A stretch of DNA of 64,000 bases from a virus, in the IMG/VR virus record IMGVR_UViG_3300034068_001120, positions 1 through 64,000 of that record; one strand, written 5' to 3'. The translations under genes were made by a program, and so were the position numbers. Positions 41,667-50,104 of the stretch are shown in pieces (positions within the stretch are counted from its first letter, which is position 1; every line of letters begins with the position of its first letter). The notes below the pieces were generated by a model. That model saw only the letters and a program-made list of their open reading frames with translations, made no database searches and was not told the origin of the DNA.

Positions 41667-41726
41667 AAGCGATGGAGGGAATCGAACCCTCAGTAATGCG
41701 TACAAGACCCACCTTGCAGCATCGCC
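41667..41726 (-). ncRNA. tRNA-like element (acceptor stem and T arm, no canonical D/anticodon arms)
   Basis: GGCGATG...GAGGG-TTCGATT-CCCTC-CATCGCT-T; only 28 nt between acceptor and T arm. Confidence 0.6.
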
Positions 41727-41736
41727 TCACATCAAA

Positions 41737-42030
41737 TTATCGAGCAGACATTGCCATATTACTGGCAGTGTTCATCGTACGACTTGATGTATATGCACGA
41801 TACTCTCGAAGACCCTTCTTGGTAATCTTCATGCTGTATGAAGTAAAACCCGAACTATTCTTCGTAGTCGTGATAGAATAGAATCCATAAGAATCTCCCA
41901 TCTTCTTAATTGACGAAATCAATGATCGGAAGTTCTTCACTCCAAAGCGAGTCTTTGCCTGAGCAGCAGTGAATGATCGTCCTTCAAAAAGACATTCCAA
42001 AACTCGAACGGTATTGTTTACCTTTGACAT
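41737..42030 (-). CDS. Probable winged-helix DNA-binding protein
   Basis: Basic 97 aa; FTAAQAKTRFGVKNFRSLISSIKK followed by a beta hairpin; GGAG SD. Confidence 0.6.
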   Translation of the reverse strand: MSKVNNTVRVLECLFEGRSFTAAQAKTRFGVKNFRSLISSIKKMGDSYGFYSITTTKNSSGFTSYSMKITKKGLREYRAYTSSRTMNTASNMAMSAR

Positions 42031-42138
42031 AATAAATCTCCAACGGCCTCATGTTGTACGCATTAAATCTGGCCAAAATTCAATGCGTTTATGTGATCAA
42101 TGTGGCAAGAAAATGACACACGTCAAATGTTTTTATTA

Positions 42139-42387
42139 TTAGTTCAGTCCCCATACAGAAAGACTAGCAGCAGAAAACGAAACTCCTGCTACTTGTATGG
42201 GTATTAGTTGAGTTGATATTGCAGGAATATGTATTCGCTGTGCGCTTGTCTGTCCTGCAAAAGTTGCACCATAAGTATATAAATCTAGATGAGTTGGTCC
42301 TGATGGAGTTGTGCATTCCACAAAAATGCCTTTGCATTTAACCGTTGCATTAGTTGTAAGCAGTGTTAATTTAGAATAGATGTCCAT
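42139..42387 (-). CDS. Small beta-rich protein, paralogue of the next ORF; possible capsid decoration
   Basis: Shares YSK, LDLY.Y, RIH.P, PI.VAGVSF...LSVW with 42400-42654. Confidence 0.7.
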   Translation of the reverse strand: MDIYSKLTLLTTNATVKCKGIFVECTTPSGPTHLDLYTYGATFAGQTSAQRIHIPAISTQLIPIQVAGVSFSAASLSVWGLN

Positions 42388-42399
42388 GGTATGCTCCTA

Positions 42400-42654
42400 T
42401 TAAGACAACGACCATACACTTAAATTTGCACCAGCAAAAGAAACTCCTGCTACTTTTATTGGAAGTATCTGAAATGATGAGATTGGTACATGAATTCTAA
42501 CACTTGATGTTACACCAGTAGAAGTATAAGCATAAAGATCTAATGTAGTTCCACCAGCAGGGGTGTTATTAATATTATCAATCATTAATCCTTTAGATCC
42601 ACTGACAAATTGATTTGTTACTAACGGACTGACTTTTGAATATTTATCGTACAT
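42400..42654 (-). CDS. Small beta-rich protein, possible capsid decoration
   Basis: CTAAATA late-type promoter (42673-42679) and AAGGAG SD; paralogue of the previous ORF. Confidence 0.7.
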   Translation of the reverse strand: MYDKYSKVSPLVTNQFVSGSKGLMIDNINNTPAGGTTLDLYAYTSTGVTSSVRIHVPISSFQILPIKVAGVSFAGANLSVWSLS

Positions 42655-42701
42655 TATTGGATCTCCTTGCTCTATTTAGACAACGAAGTACATGGCGAAT
42701 A

Positions 42702-43073
42702 TCAGGTAGTTTTGTACTTTGTTTTCCACGCTTCTAACGAAATGCATCTGGGTCTTTGAGACTTATCACACCAATACCACCAAGAATTTGATTTATTAGC
42801 CAAAAACCACAATAACGCACCATCTTGTCCGCATCCACCAATTGCATCTTCCCACAAAATTACATCCAAACCATCTTCCCATTCTGTGCCATATGTTTGA
42901 AGAGATATGCCTGTCATTATTTTAAGCATAATCTGGTTAAGTGCTTCTTTTTCGCTTATTTTTATTAGGATTGGTTCTTGTGTTTGTGCCTTTGGTTTTT
43001 TTAAAAACAGCGTCCCAATTGCGCGACCAAATTTTTGGATCAACCCACCTGTATGCGTCACCTTTTCCTGCAT
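42702..43073 (-). CDS. Hypothetical protein
   Basis: 123 aa Trp-rich ORF with AAGGA SD. Confidence 0.65.
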   Translation of the reverse strand: MQEKVTHTGGLIQKFGRAIGTLFLKKPKAQTQEPILIKISEKEALNQIMLKIMTGISLQTYGTEWEDGLDVILWEDAIGGCGQDGALLWFLANKSNSWWYWCDKSQRPRCISLEAWKTKYKTT

Positions 43074-43090
43074 TATTCTTTCCTTTCACG

Positions 43091-43348
43091 TCAAACCTGC
43101 ATGCCACTTTGAACTAACTGCATAATTTCTCTTGCACACGGAGACAACCACAGATTTCGGGATTCTATTTCCCAATCATTGAATGCTCTATACAATAAGG
43201 CTTCTAATACTTCATCGGTATCTATTCGTGATATAATTCTATCTTTGGGAGGAAGAGTTGGTTCCATAAGACCCAACAACCAAATGCCATCTACATCATA
43301 ATCAATGAACGGATATAAACCAGACGATTCAATATACTCTCTCGACAT
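43091..43348 (-). CDS. Hypothetical protein
   Basis: 85 aa ORF with AAGGA SD. Confidence 0.6.
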   Translation of the reverse strand: MSREYIESSGLYPFIDYDVDGIWLLGLMEPTLPPKDRIISRIDTDEVLEALLYRAFNDWEIESRNLWLSPCAREIMQLVQSGMQV

Positions 43349-43386
43349 ATTATTATTTTCCTTTTAAAAATTAATACAATACAAAA

Positions 43387-43457
43387 TAGGCAGTTCAGGT
43401 GTTGATCCTGATTGAACCCGTTATAAGCGGGTCTGCGAAGCCGTCCGCCCACCGCCC
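43387..43457 (-). tRNA. Atypical tRNA-Ile(UAU)
   Basis: GGGCGGT/ACTGCCT acceptor, GCGG/TCGC D stem, ACCCG-CTTATAA-CGGGT anticodon arm, TCAGG-ATCAACA-CCTGA T arm. Confidence 0.78.
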
Positions 43458-43461
43458 AATA

Positions 43462-43683
43462 TTATTTACTCAATACGCTTTTCTTATTTCCAACATGACC
43501 ATTAGTATTTTTCATAAAATAGTTGCTTTGTTGTCTGTCCAAATCATTGCCAAGTCGATACTGAACCACCAACTCACTATCTATCACAGATGCCAGATCT
43601 TTCAATATTTTTGTGGATAAATCTGTTGCAGTTTTTTCATCTGCACCTACTGGAATATCAATATGTAATCTAAATTGTGACAT
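43462..43683 (-). CDS. Hypothetical protein, probably on a leaderless mRNA
   Basis: Start MSQFRLH lies 5 nt after a -10 box. Confidence 0.65.
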   Translation of the reverse strand: MSQFRLHIDIPVGADEKTATDLSTKILKDLASVIDSELVVQYRLGNDLDRQQSNYFMKNTNGHVGNKKSVLSK

Positions 43684-43688
43684 GCTAA

Positions 43689-43716
43689 AGTATACACCAT
43701 TATCGGACCTTGTCAA
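43689..43716 (-). promoter_or_regulatory. Sigma70-type promoter
   Basis: TTGACA-16 nt-TATACT. Confidence 0.72.
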
Positions 43717-43739
43717 GTACAAGGCACCAAAATCAATAT

Positions 43740-43937
43740 TTAATCTGCGCCTTCATCCACATTATTTATTTTATCCATAAGATCAACTGCACGCGTTGCT
43801 TTTCTCAGTCGAACCATTGTAACGGCTAAGTCTTTCCATCCAATGGTGTCCAACAAATACGCTTCATAAGACGAAATAACCGCAGAGGATGCCTTGGTCA
43901 ATTCAACATATAAATCTCGTTCTAATTTCTTGGCCAT
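43740..43937 (-). CDS. Hypothetical protein
   Basis: 65 aa ORF in a packed operon. Confidence 0.6.
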   Translation of the reverse strand: MAKKLERDLYVELTKASSAVISSYEAYLLDTIGWKDLAVTMVRLRKATRAVDLMDKINNVDEGAD

Positions 43938-43940
43938 TGT

Positions 43941-44255
43941 TTACGCCTTTTTAAAAAAGTTAACCAAACGATAAAACCATGTATGTGTAGGTTGTGGACT
44001 GTTTAATACCTTTCGCTTTTCTTCTTGGTACTCCATGATCATTTCCATTTTTAATAATTCATGAATCTGTGCTGGCATTATAACTCGAATATCTTTGGAA
44101 TACTTAATCTTTGCAAACATGATTAACTCATAAATTTGAAGGGATTTTAATACTACTTCCCATTGTTCTCCTCCATTAAAAGATTCATATATTCCGTAGT
44201 AGGTGCCACGGGAATCTATCTCTATCATATCAATACCTAAGATATGTTGTTCCAT
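43941..44255 (-). CDS. Hypothetical protein
   Basis: GAGGAG SD; ATAAATA upstream. Confidence 0.65.
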   Translation of the reverse strand: MEQHILGIDMIEIDSRGTYYGIYESFNGGEQWEVVLKSLQIYELIMFAKIKYSKDIRVIMPAQIHELLKMEMIMEYQEEKRKVLNSPQPTHTWFYRLVNFFKKA

Positions 44256-44298
44256 ATAGATCTCCTCAAGGATATTTATCTAATAAGTGAGGTTGGAA

Positions 44299-44381
44299 TG
44301 CGGAACAAGGGACTCGAACCCTTATGCGCGGGGCGCACAAAATTTTAAATTTTGCATGTATACCAATTCCATCAGTTCCGC
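44299..44381 (-). tRNA. tRNA-Leu(UAA)
   Basis: GCGGAAC/GTTCCGC acceptor, CAAAA-TTTAAAA-TTTTG anticodon arm, long variable arm, GGTTCGAGTCC. Confidence 0.94.
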
Positions 44382-44387
44382 AAATGA

Positions 44388-44735
44388 TTATATCAAGAAT
44401 TCGTGATCTACTCGTGGTACTTCGTAGTATCGTCTAATGTTCCAGAACTTTGCTAGTGCACGTTCCCAACAAGCACCCTTACTGAATTGAAATCCTGCTA
44501 ACATATAAATTGCATCGCAAGTAGCCAGAACCTGAATATCACGTCTGGCGCAATCTTGGTATTCCCATTCTCCTTGATTCTCTGGTTTTAATCCAGCATC
44601 TTTATCTAATCTAGCAGGATTAATGACATCCCATCCAGCAGCCAAAAGTTGCGTTTCTTTTGAAAAAAACGCATCCCAATTGTTGTTTGGAAATCCTGTC
44701 ATGGGTCCTGCAATATATATTTTTGGCTTTTTCAT
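44388..44735 (-). CDS. DUF4406 / nucleoside 2-deoxyribosyltransferase-like protein
   Basis: KIYIAGPMTG, VINPA, CDAIYML, SKGA..E. Confidence 0.82.
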   Translation of the reverse strand: MKKPKIYIAGPMTGFPNNNWDAFFSKETQLLAAGWDVINPARLDKDAGLKPENQGEWEYQDCARRDIQVLATCDAIYMLAGFQFSKGACWERALAKFWNIRRYYEVPRVDHEFLI

Positions 44736-44836
44736 AAAATTAATCTCAAAGTAGCCGATGTATGTAGATCATTAATTTGGAGAATTTGAATTTAAATACA
44801 TACTATAGATCAGAATCTATTAAATAGGAATATCAT

Positions 44837-45406
44837 ATGATACCATTCAAATCGTTTAACTCAAAGCAAATTACAGAATCAGAAACCAATTATAGTGAGT
44901 TTGTTTCTGTGTTAGCCGAAGAATACGAAATGAGTGTGGAAGAAGTTGAAACACTTATCGAAGATGTGGTCAAAGAAAAAAATAGATATCGTATTGCTGG
45001 ATCCAAGAATAGACCACATCGTGTGGACAGAAATTATATAAAGAAAAAATATAAACGAGCGGGTTTCGTGCGAGCCAAAAAGTATATTCTTGATAAAAAG
45101 GGAAGAAGACTACGATTAGATACTCCAAAAGAAGCAAGATACAGAACAGCAACGGCTCAGAAAATGAAAAATTTGGATAAGGGTGGTGACTACCATGGTC
45201 TCGAACAAGTGACAAGTAGAACGCTAAAGAAGATGAGTCGTATGTCTAAATCACCAAAGAAGAAAGACAATTCGGCGATGAGAGCGTTCATTGCTCGATC
45301 TGCTGCAATTAAATACAAAAAAACCAAAAGAACAAAGCCAGTGGTAAAGAAATTAAAGAAGAAAACGTCAAGTCAACCTAGACGACTAGCATCGGCTTCC
45401 AGATAA
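44837..45406 (+). CDS. Very basic late protein, possible internal head protein
   Basis: TAAATA and AGGA upstream; MIPFKSF...ITESE, acidic N-terminal part, Lys/Arg-rich remainder. Confidence 0.7.
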   Translation: MIPFKSFNSKQITESETNYSEFVSVLAEEYEMSVEEVETLIEDVVKEKNRYRIAGSKNRPHRVDRNYIKKKYKRAGFVRAKKYILDKKGRRLRLDTPKEARYRTATAQKMKNLDKGGDYHGLEQVTSRTLKKMSRMSKSPKKKDNSAMRAFIARSAAIKYKKTKRTKPVVKKLKKKTSSQPRRLASASR

Positions 45407-45414
45407 TTAAAATG

Positions 45415-46863
45415 TTATGAAGGAAACGGAGATCCCGAATTGGTCTCTATGGTTATACCAGATGCGAATGTGGTATTAGCCAAGGCGGCTTCGGTTATTC
45501 TTATTCCGTAGTAACCAGCAGAAGGAACATAGGTAGAGCCTATTCCTGCTCCAGGAACCAACTCATCGTTTACGGGACTCAATCGTACTAAACCGCCGAG
45601 ATCTGCGCCTGCTGAAGATGATATTCTACCGTTAGTACAAATAACTCCTTGTTGACCAAATATAGAAGTAGAATCAACTACTAGTCTTCCAGATGCCAAA
45701 GAAAAATCTGAAAGCGTAACAGTTCCTCGCAATTTAACCAAAGGAGCACCTGTCTGTGTACCCGATCCCAAGGTGGCAAATTTAAAATCTGTATTGGCTG
45801 CTGGCTCTGCTTCCGTTGGATTAGTTCCTAATATAACGGTATATGGCAAAATAGTACCAAGAGATATTCCTTGCGCTCGAAGAGCACTATTCAATGTAAG
45901 ATCTGCATATGATGCTGCGTTTTGAGGAGAAAGTGCGTTCGTGTCTCCATTTCTACGAATAGACGAACTAAGTGTATATGTACTGGCTACCGATGCATCA
46001 AAACATCTAATATTTGGTGATATTGTTATAAAATTCAATCCGCTCGATGAGCCATAAGGTATAGTTGTGTTAAATATTTGTCCAAGTAAATTTACTGGAC
46101 ACGACGCAGTAACACCAGAATCTTCTATAATAGTAAATAATGGTGATATTTTTAGTTCATTCAATACTATGCCACTTTGAATCAATAGAGATTTAGCAGT
46201 ACCGCCTTCAATGCGAAGTGCCGTTTGTAATTTCCATGGTCTATCTGTTATAGAAAATGCAGGTCCATTAAAATACGATTCGCCTGCAGGAGCAACTCGT
46301 GTAAATGTTATTGGAGTATTTGCGCCCTTTGGAACTATATTAATATCGTATGCACCGTCATTTGTATCGTAAATATATGTTGCACTTCCTGCACTGACTC
46401 CTAATGGATATCCTACCAAATTAGCAGCGGTATATCCAATTGTTTCTGTTATTGAAGAGTTTCCCAAAGTTGGTCCACCGACTCTGGCATGTCCAAATAA
46501 TCCAGTTTCTAATGGCAATCCGTCGGTACTATAATTATTGAATGGTCCTATGGTTACAACAGATGCAGAGAGTATGGCATTTGAACTATTCAAACAAGGA
46601 CTTAGTACATAAGTGTATGCACCCGTTCCAGTTACCCCAGATAAAGTACTACCCAAAGTAGGAAATCGGTCTGATATGAATACTGTATCGGCTACTCCAG
46701 GAATTCCTGTTGCTCCAGTAACGCCTGAACCAACTGTACCAATACTATATGCCCAATTAGCACTCGCTCCTATGCTCGTTGCAGCAATCCATGCAACATA
46801 TGATTCGCCTGTTGTACCTTTAGGGAATCCTGCAGCCGAACCTTTCCAATAATACTTTGCCAT
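45415..46863 (-). CDS. Gly/Thr/Ser-rich beta protein, probable virion appendage
   Basis: MAKYYWKG...ANW...P...DTVFI N-terminus shared with the next ORF; AGGAG SD. Confidence 0.7.
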   Translation of the reverse strand: MAKYYWKGSAAGFPKGTTGESYVAWIAATSIGASANWAYSIGTVGSGVTGATGIPGVADTVFISDRFPTLGSTLSGVTGTGAYTYVLSPCLNSSNAILSASVVTIGPFNNYSTDGLPLETGLFGHARVGGPTLGNSSITETIGYTAANLVGYPLGVSAGSATYIYDTNDGAYDINIVPKGANTPITFTRVAPAGESYFNGPAFSITDRPWKLQTALRIEGGTAKSLLIQSGIVLNELKISPLFTIIEDSGVTASCPVNLLGQIFNTTIPYGSSSGLNFITISPNIRCFDASVASTYTLSSSIRRNGDTNALSPQNAASYADLTLNSALRAQGISLGTILPYTVILGTNPTEAEPAANTDFKFATLGSGTQTGAPLVKLRGTVTLSDFSLASGRLVVDSTSIFGQQGVICTNGRISSSAGADLGGLVRLSPVNDELVPGAGIGSTYVPSAGYYGIRITEAALANTTFASGITIETNSGSPFPS

Positions 46864-46884
46864 TTAATATTCTCCTAGAATTCT

Positions 46885-48261
46885 TTAACCAGATATAGTG
46901 CTATTGGGATGAGGAATGAATGTACATGTCGAAGATTCTATTTTTAGTCCTGCTGCACCAGTCCAACCGTATGCAAGAGCAGAACCACCCAGTATTAACG
47001 GAACGGTTCCAGTGATACCATAAAATCCTGTTGATGGTCGTCTTAAATCTAAACTGGAGTGTCCGCGCAAAATACCTGATTTAATGTTAATTGTATCTTG
47101 AGCATTTGAATTACTCAATATATTCATATGAGAATCTTCCAGTAACATATCATTAATAAAACAAGCACCCTGTATTACTATATCTGCTTCTCCTCCAGCT
47201 ACATTTGAGGTATTATCTTCCCATAAATTATAATATAATGGAGTTGTGCTTAATGAAGATGCAGTAGTTCCAACAGGATTACCAATATAAATCGTATATG
47301 CGCCTGCTGTTGTTGATGGTGGCTGAGTTTTATTAAACTTAATGCCTTTGAAGTTCTGATAATCATTTGCAGAAGACGCAGAACGATCATTTGTTGTTGA
47401 TCCCACCGTGCAATTTATAATTATTGCCGTGGTTATTCCTGTAAAATGGTTTAGCAAATTAATAGACATGTTATCACAGGTAGATCCCAATGGAAAATAT
47501 ACAGATCCAGGCTGTCCTTTGATTTCGAATGTATTAACTGTAGTAGCAGCAGCAACATTTACATCACCAAACCAATAACCATATCCATTTGGCTGAGTCG
47601 CAGTAGAAGTAACAAACTCTGGCGTAGTCCATTTTCCAATTTTTCCGGAAAGAGTTACATTCCATCTGTGCTTTGAAAAATTTGCTGTGCTGTTGGTATT
47701 ATATGACACCACCGAAGATATTTGATTGTAACTACTAGCCGTATATCCACCATTAACAATGCCCTTATATCCAACATTCCAATAATCTGGGTTAGTCAAC
47801 ATCCAAGTATCGTCTATTAATTCTAAAGATGAATACTGCCAAAATAAAGGCATAGAAACATCAGAATTAAAAGAAAATTTAGAATAGGTGTATCCCTCAG
47901 CAGGAGATCCAATTACTCCTACATTTAAATTAAATAGAGGTCCTGTAGCAGTCAATCCAGAAGTAGATCCTGCACTCACCCAGTAATAAGTAGTGCCAGT
48001 TATGCTCATGCCACCAGTCGCACAATTAGCCATAATTGGTGCCAGATTAACAGTAGAATATCCTTGTACTGGATAGGGTACTACATTATTAATATAAACA
48101 CTATCACCCGCCCATGGTGATCTTCCACTTGGTATTAGTTGGGTAAAATGTGGATTTCCACCAGTTCCGCCAATAATTTGTGGGGTAACCCAATTTTGGG
48201 CAGTATTCCAATCTCCGCCACTAGTCCCTGCTGTATTTCCTAACCAATACAATACTGCCAT
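46885..48261 (-). CDS. Gly/Thr/Ser-rich beta protein, probable virion appendage
   Basis: MAVLYWLG...WNTAQNW...P.AGDSVYI; late-type promoter upstream. Confidence 0.7.
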   Translation of the reverse strand: MAVLYWLGNTAGTSGGDWNTAQNWVTPQIIGGTGGNPHFTQLIPSGRSPWAGDSVYINNVVPYPVQGYSTVNLAPIMANCATGGMSITGTTYYWVSAGSTSGLTATGPLFNLNVGVIGSPAEGYTYSKFSFNSDVSMPLFWQYSSLELIDDTWMLTNPDYWNVGYKGIVNGGYTASSYNQISSVVSYNTNSTANFSKHRWNVTLSGKIGKWTTPEFVTSTATQPNGYGYWFGDVNVAAATTVNTFEIKGQPGSVYFPLGSTCDNMSINLLNHFTGITTAIIINCTVGSTTNDRSASSANDYQNFKGIKFNKTQPPSTTAGAYTIYIGNPVGTTASSLSTTPLYYNLWEDNTSNVAGGEADIVIQGACFINDMLLEDSHMNILSNSNAQDTINIKSGILRGHSSLDLRRPSTGFYGITGTVPLILGGSALAYGWTGAAGLKIESSTCTFIPHPNSTISG

Positions 48262-48272
48262 TTGTGTCCTCT

Positions 48273-48304
48273 AAAAAGGGAAAGTGAGTGTTACCGCTTC
48301 CCTC
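48273..48304 (-). terminator. Probable intrinsic terminator overlapping a late promoter start
   Basis: GAGGGAAG...CTTTCCC-TTTTT directly after CTACATA. Confidence 0.5.
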
Positions 48305-48389
48305 TATGTAGACACAAATATATTTTGTATATTTACAAAACACCCCAAGTCAGGTAAATAACGCAATAATTGATCAAAAAATACAATAT

Positions 48390-49052
48390 TTAAAGATTCA
48401 TCAATTCAAGGTATGGTTGTTTTCCATTTAGTACAACTCCACACGACACAACTGGTTTCTTGAGATGATATTGTCCATATGAAAAATTGATATGATTTCT
48501 GTCTACTCCTGTACCAACATCCATACCAAAGAATCTGGTTGTTGGTCCAACTAACCAATTAATTCCTGCTATTGAATGATGATGTCCAAGAACACAACTG
48601 GTTGCTCTTGCTTTGGCAAGATTAAATGAAGGATATTGAGAGCCAGTTCCTGTTCCGTGAGTGTAGTAGACCCCATCAATAGTGAATCCATAATCCCAAA
48701 CCCACTTTGGAGTTTTATATATTTCAGGATATTGTTTAATATAGAACGAAGGAATGCCGACATCCGCACTCAATCTAAAAACTCGTTCATCATGGTTACC
48801 AATACAAATCTTCATCTTTGGAAATACCTTGTACCATTTTTTAATACAAGCCAAGGATGCTCTATATTCATCCATTGCAGCAACCGAGTCTGGATGCTTC
48901 TTGTGAAAAGAAATGGTATGATGATCTACAACATCTCCAATATGAACCACACCAGTGCATTTATACTTTTTGTATATTTCTTGCACAAATTGCAAGTATT
49001 TGGGATGAACAGCAGGAAAATGAGTATCACCAATAACTAAAATGTTTGACAT
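48390..49052 (-). CDS. Calcineurin-like metallophosphoesterase
   Basis: GDTH, GDVVD, GNHD, THG, GHHH motifs. Confidence 0.92.
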   Translation of the reverse strand: MSNILVIGDTHFPAVHPKYLQFVQEIYKKYKCTGVVHIGDVVDHHTISFHKKHPDSVAAMDEYRASLACIKKWYKVFPKMKICIGNHDERVFRLSADVGIPSFYIKQYPEIYKTPKWVWDYGFTIDGVYYTHGTGTGSQYPSFNLAKARATSCVLGHHHSIAGINWLVGPTTRFFGMDVGTGVDRNHINFSYGQYHLKKPVVSCGVVLNGKQPYLELMNL

Positions 49053-49076
49053 AATATAAATCCTTTAAATAAGTGG

Positions 49077-49280
49077 TTACACGATATTAGTAGTTTCACA
49101 CAACTCGTTTAGTTCTTTGCGTATTTTCTTATGCTCCATGAGTAATGAATCATACTCAGCGGAAATCTTCTCTATATGTAGAGTTAGTTTCTGTATTTCC
49201 TTACAAGATACCAGCACATTCTTATGATTTTTCCAAGGAATACCACATACTTCACACAATAAGTCTTTTGATAAATTCAT
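49077..49280 (-). CDS. Small Zn-finger / coiled-coil protein
   Basis: CEVCGIPWKNH...C then heptads; start moved to MNLSK. Confidence 0.6.
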   Translation of the reverse strand: MNLSKDLLCEVCGIPWKNHKNVLVSCKEIQKLTLHIEKISAEYDSLLMEHKKIRKELNELCETTNIV

Positions 49281-49285
49281 TTTTA

Positions 49286-49477
49286 TTATTTTCGATCTAA
49301 ATAAAATAAACAAGTAAGAATAAATGCACATCCTAGTATTACTGGAAGGGAATTTCGAGCAATATGTATGAAAAATCCCAATAATCCTTCAGTACAATAA
49401 ATCAATCCAACACTAAAGATATAAACCAATATAAAGGCGCAACAAAAATACGGAATATCTTTTCGTGTTAATTTCAT
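49286..49477 (-). CDS. Two-TM small membrane protein
   Basis: Start MKLTRK overlaps the upstream stop (ATGA); two hydrophobic segments. Confidence 0.6.
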   Translation of the reverse strand: MKLTRKDIPYFCCAFILVYIFSVGLIYCTEGLLGFFIHIARNSLPVILGCAFILTCLFYLDRK

Positions 49478-49812
49478 TCGTCCTTTCCTGCGCCCCATCC
49501 CGACATACGAACACGATCTGTATTTCGATTTAGTTCTTTGATAGTCTTCTTGTTCATATCTACCGAAACATAAACACAGGCATCCAGACCATGGTCTTCT
49601 GGTTTCTTTTTTGAATCAAGTCCTGCTATTGTTCCAAGACCGTAGAACTGTTCTCCTACTTCTAGCATTGGTCCGCCTTCAAAGTCAAACATGCCTTCTC
49701 CTTGCCTAGCATATTGGCTTTTGCCATATATTCTAAAAACGCCTTGTTTAGAATCAACACACTCAATTGTGCGTTTGTCTCCGTATCTGGATTGTGTAAT
49801 TATTGGGTTCAT
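49474..49812 (-). CDS. Hypothetical protein
   Basis: SRYGDKR, FDFEGGP motifs; ATGA coupling. Confidence 0.7.
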   Translation of the reverse strand: MNPIITQSRYGDKRTIECVDSKQGVFRIYGKSQYARQGEGMFDFEGGPMLEVGEQFYGLGTIAGLDSKKKPEDHGLDACVYVSVDMNKKTIKELNRNTDRVRMSGWGAGKDE

Positions 49813-49928
49813 TGTTTGCCTTTCTTTTTCTTGAGTTGCTTATAATCCCAAACTGACCATCCTATCATACCAAATAGTGCAGTGAATGCGAGGATAACGA
49901 ATATGAGTACTTGTGTTCGTTCGTTCAT
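49809..49928 (-). CDS. 39-aa single-TM micropeptide
   Basis: MNERTQVLIFVILAFTALFGMIGWSVWDYKQLKKKKGKQ; ATGA overlaps at both ends. Confidence 0.7.
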   Translation of the reverse strand: MNERTQVLIFVILAFTALFGMIGWSVWDYKQLKKKKGKQ

Positions 49929-50104
49929 TTCAGTTTGCTTTCTGTGATCACATCTGTAATCACGAGTGGGTAATGGCGAAGACACGCCGATGCCTTTGCT
50001 CTAATCTCTTTAGGCACTTTTGGTGTTATTGTTTTATTAAGTAGTGCAATTAGAAATTCCTTAGTCATTTCAAGTGATCTGATTTCTTCTTCTCTTGTTG
50101 TCAT
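49925..50104 (-). CDS. 59-aa protein, BPSL0761-like
   Basis: MTTREEEIRSL...TPKVPKEIRAKASACLRHYP; ATGA overlaps. Confidence 0.72.
   Translation of the reverse strand: MTTREEEIRSLEMTKEFLIALLNKTITPKVPKEIRAKASACLRHYPLVITDVITESKLK

Noticed and set aside
41672-43620. Plus-strand ORFs 41672-41881, 42907-43125 and 43399-43620
   Set aside because: Antisense to the tRNA-like element, tRNA-Ile and better-supported genes
11566-48261. Diversity-generating retroelement or invertible fibre cassette
   Set aside because: No reverse transcriptase or invertase, and I saw no template/variable repeat pair
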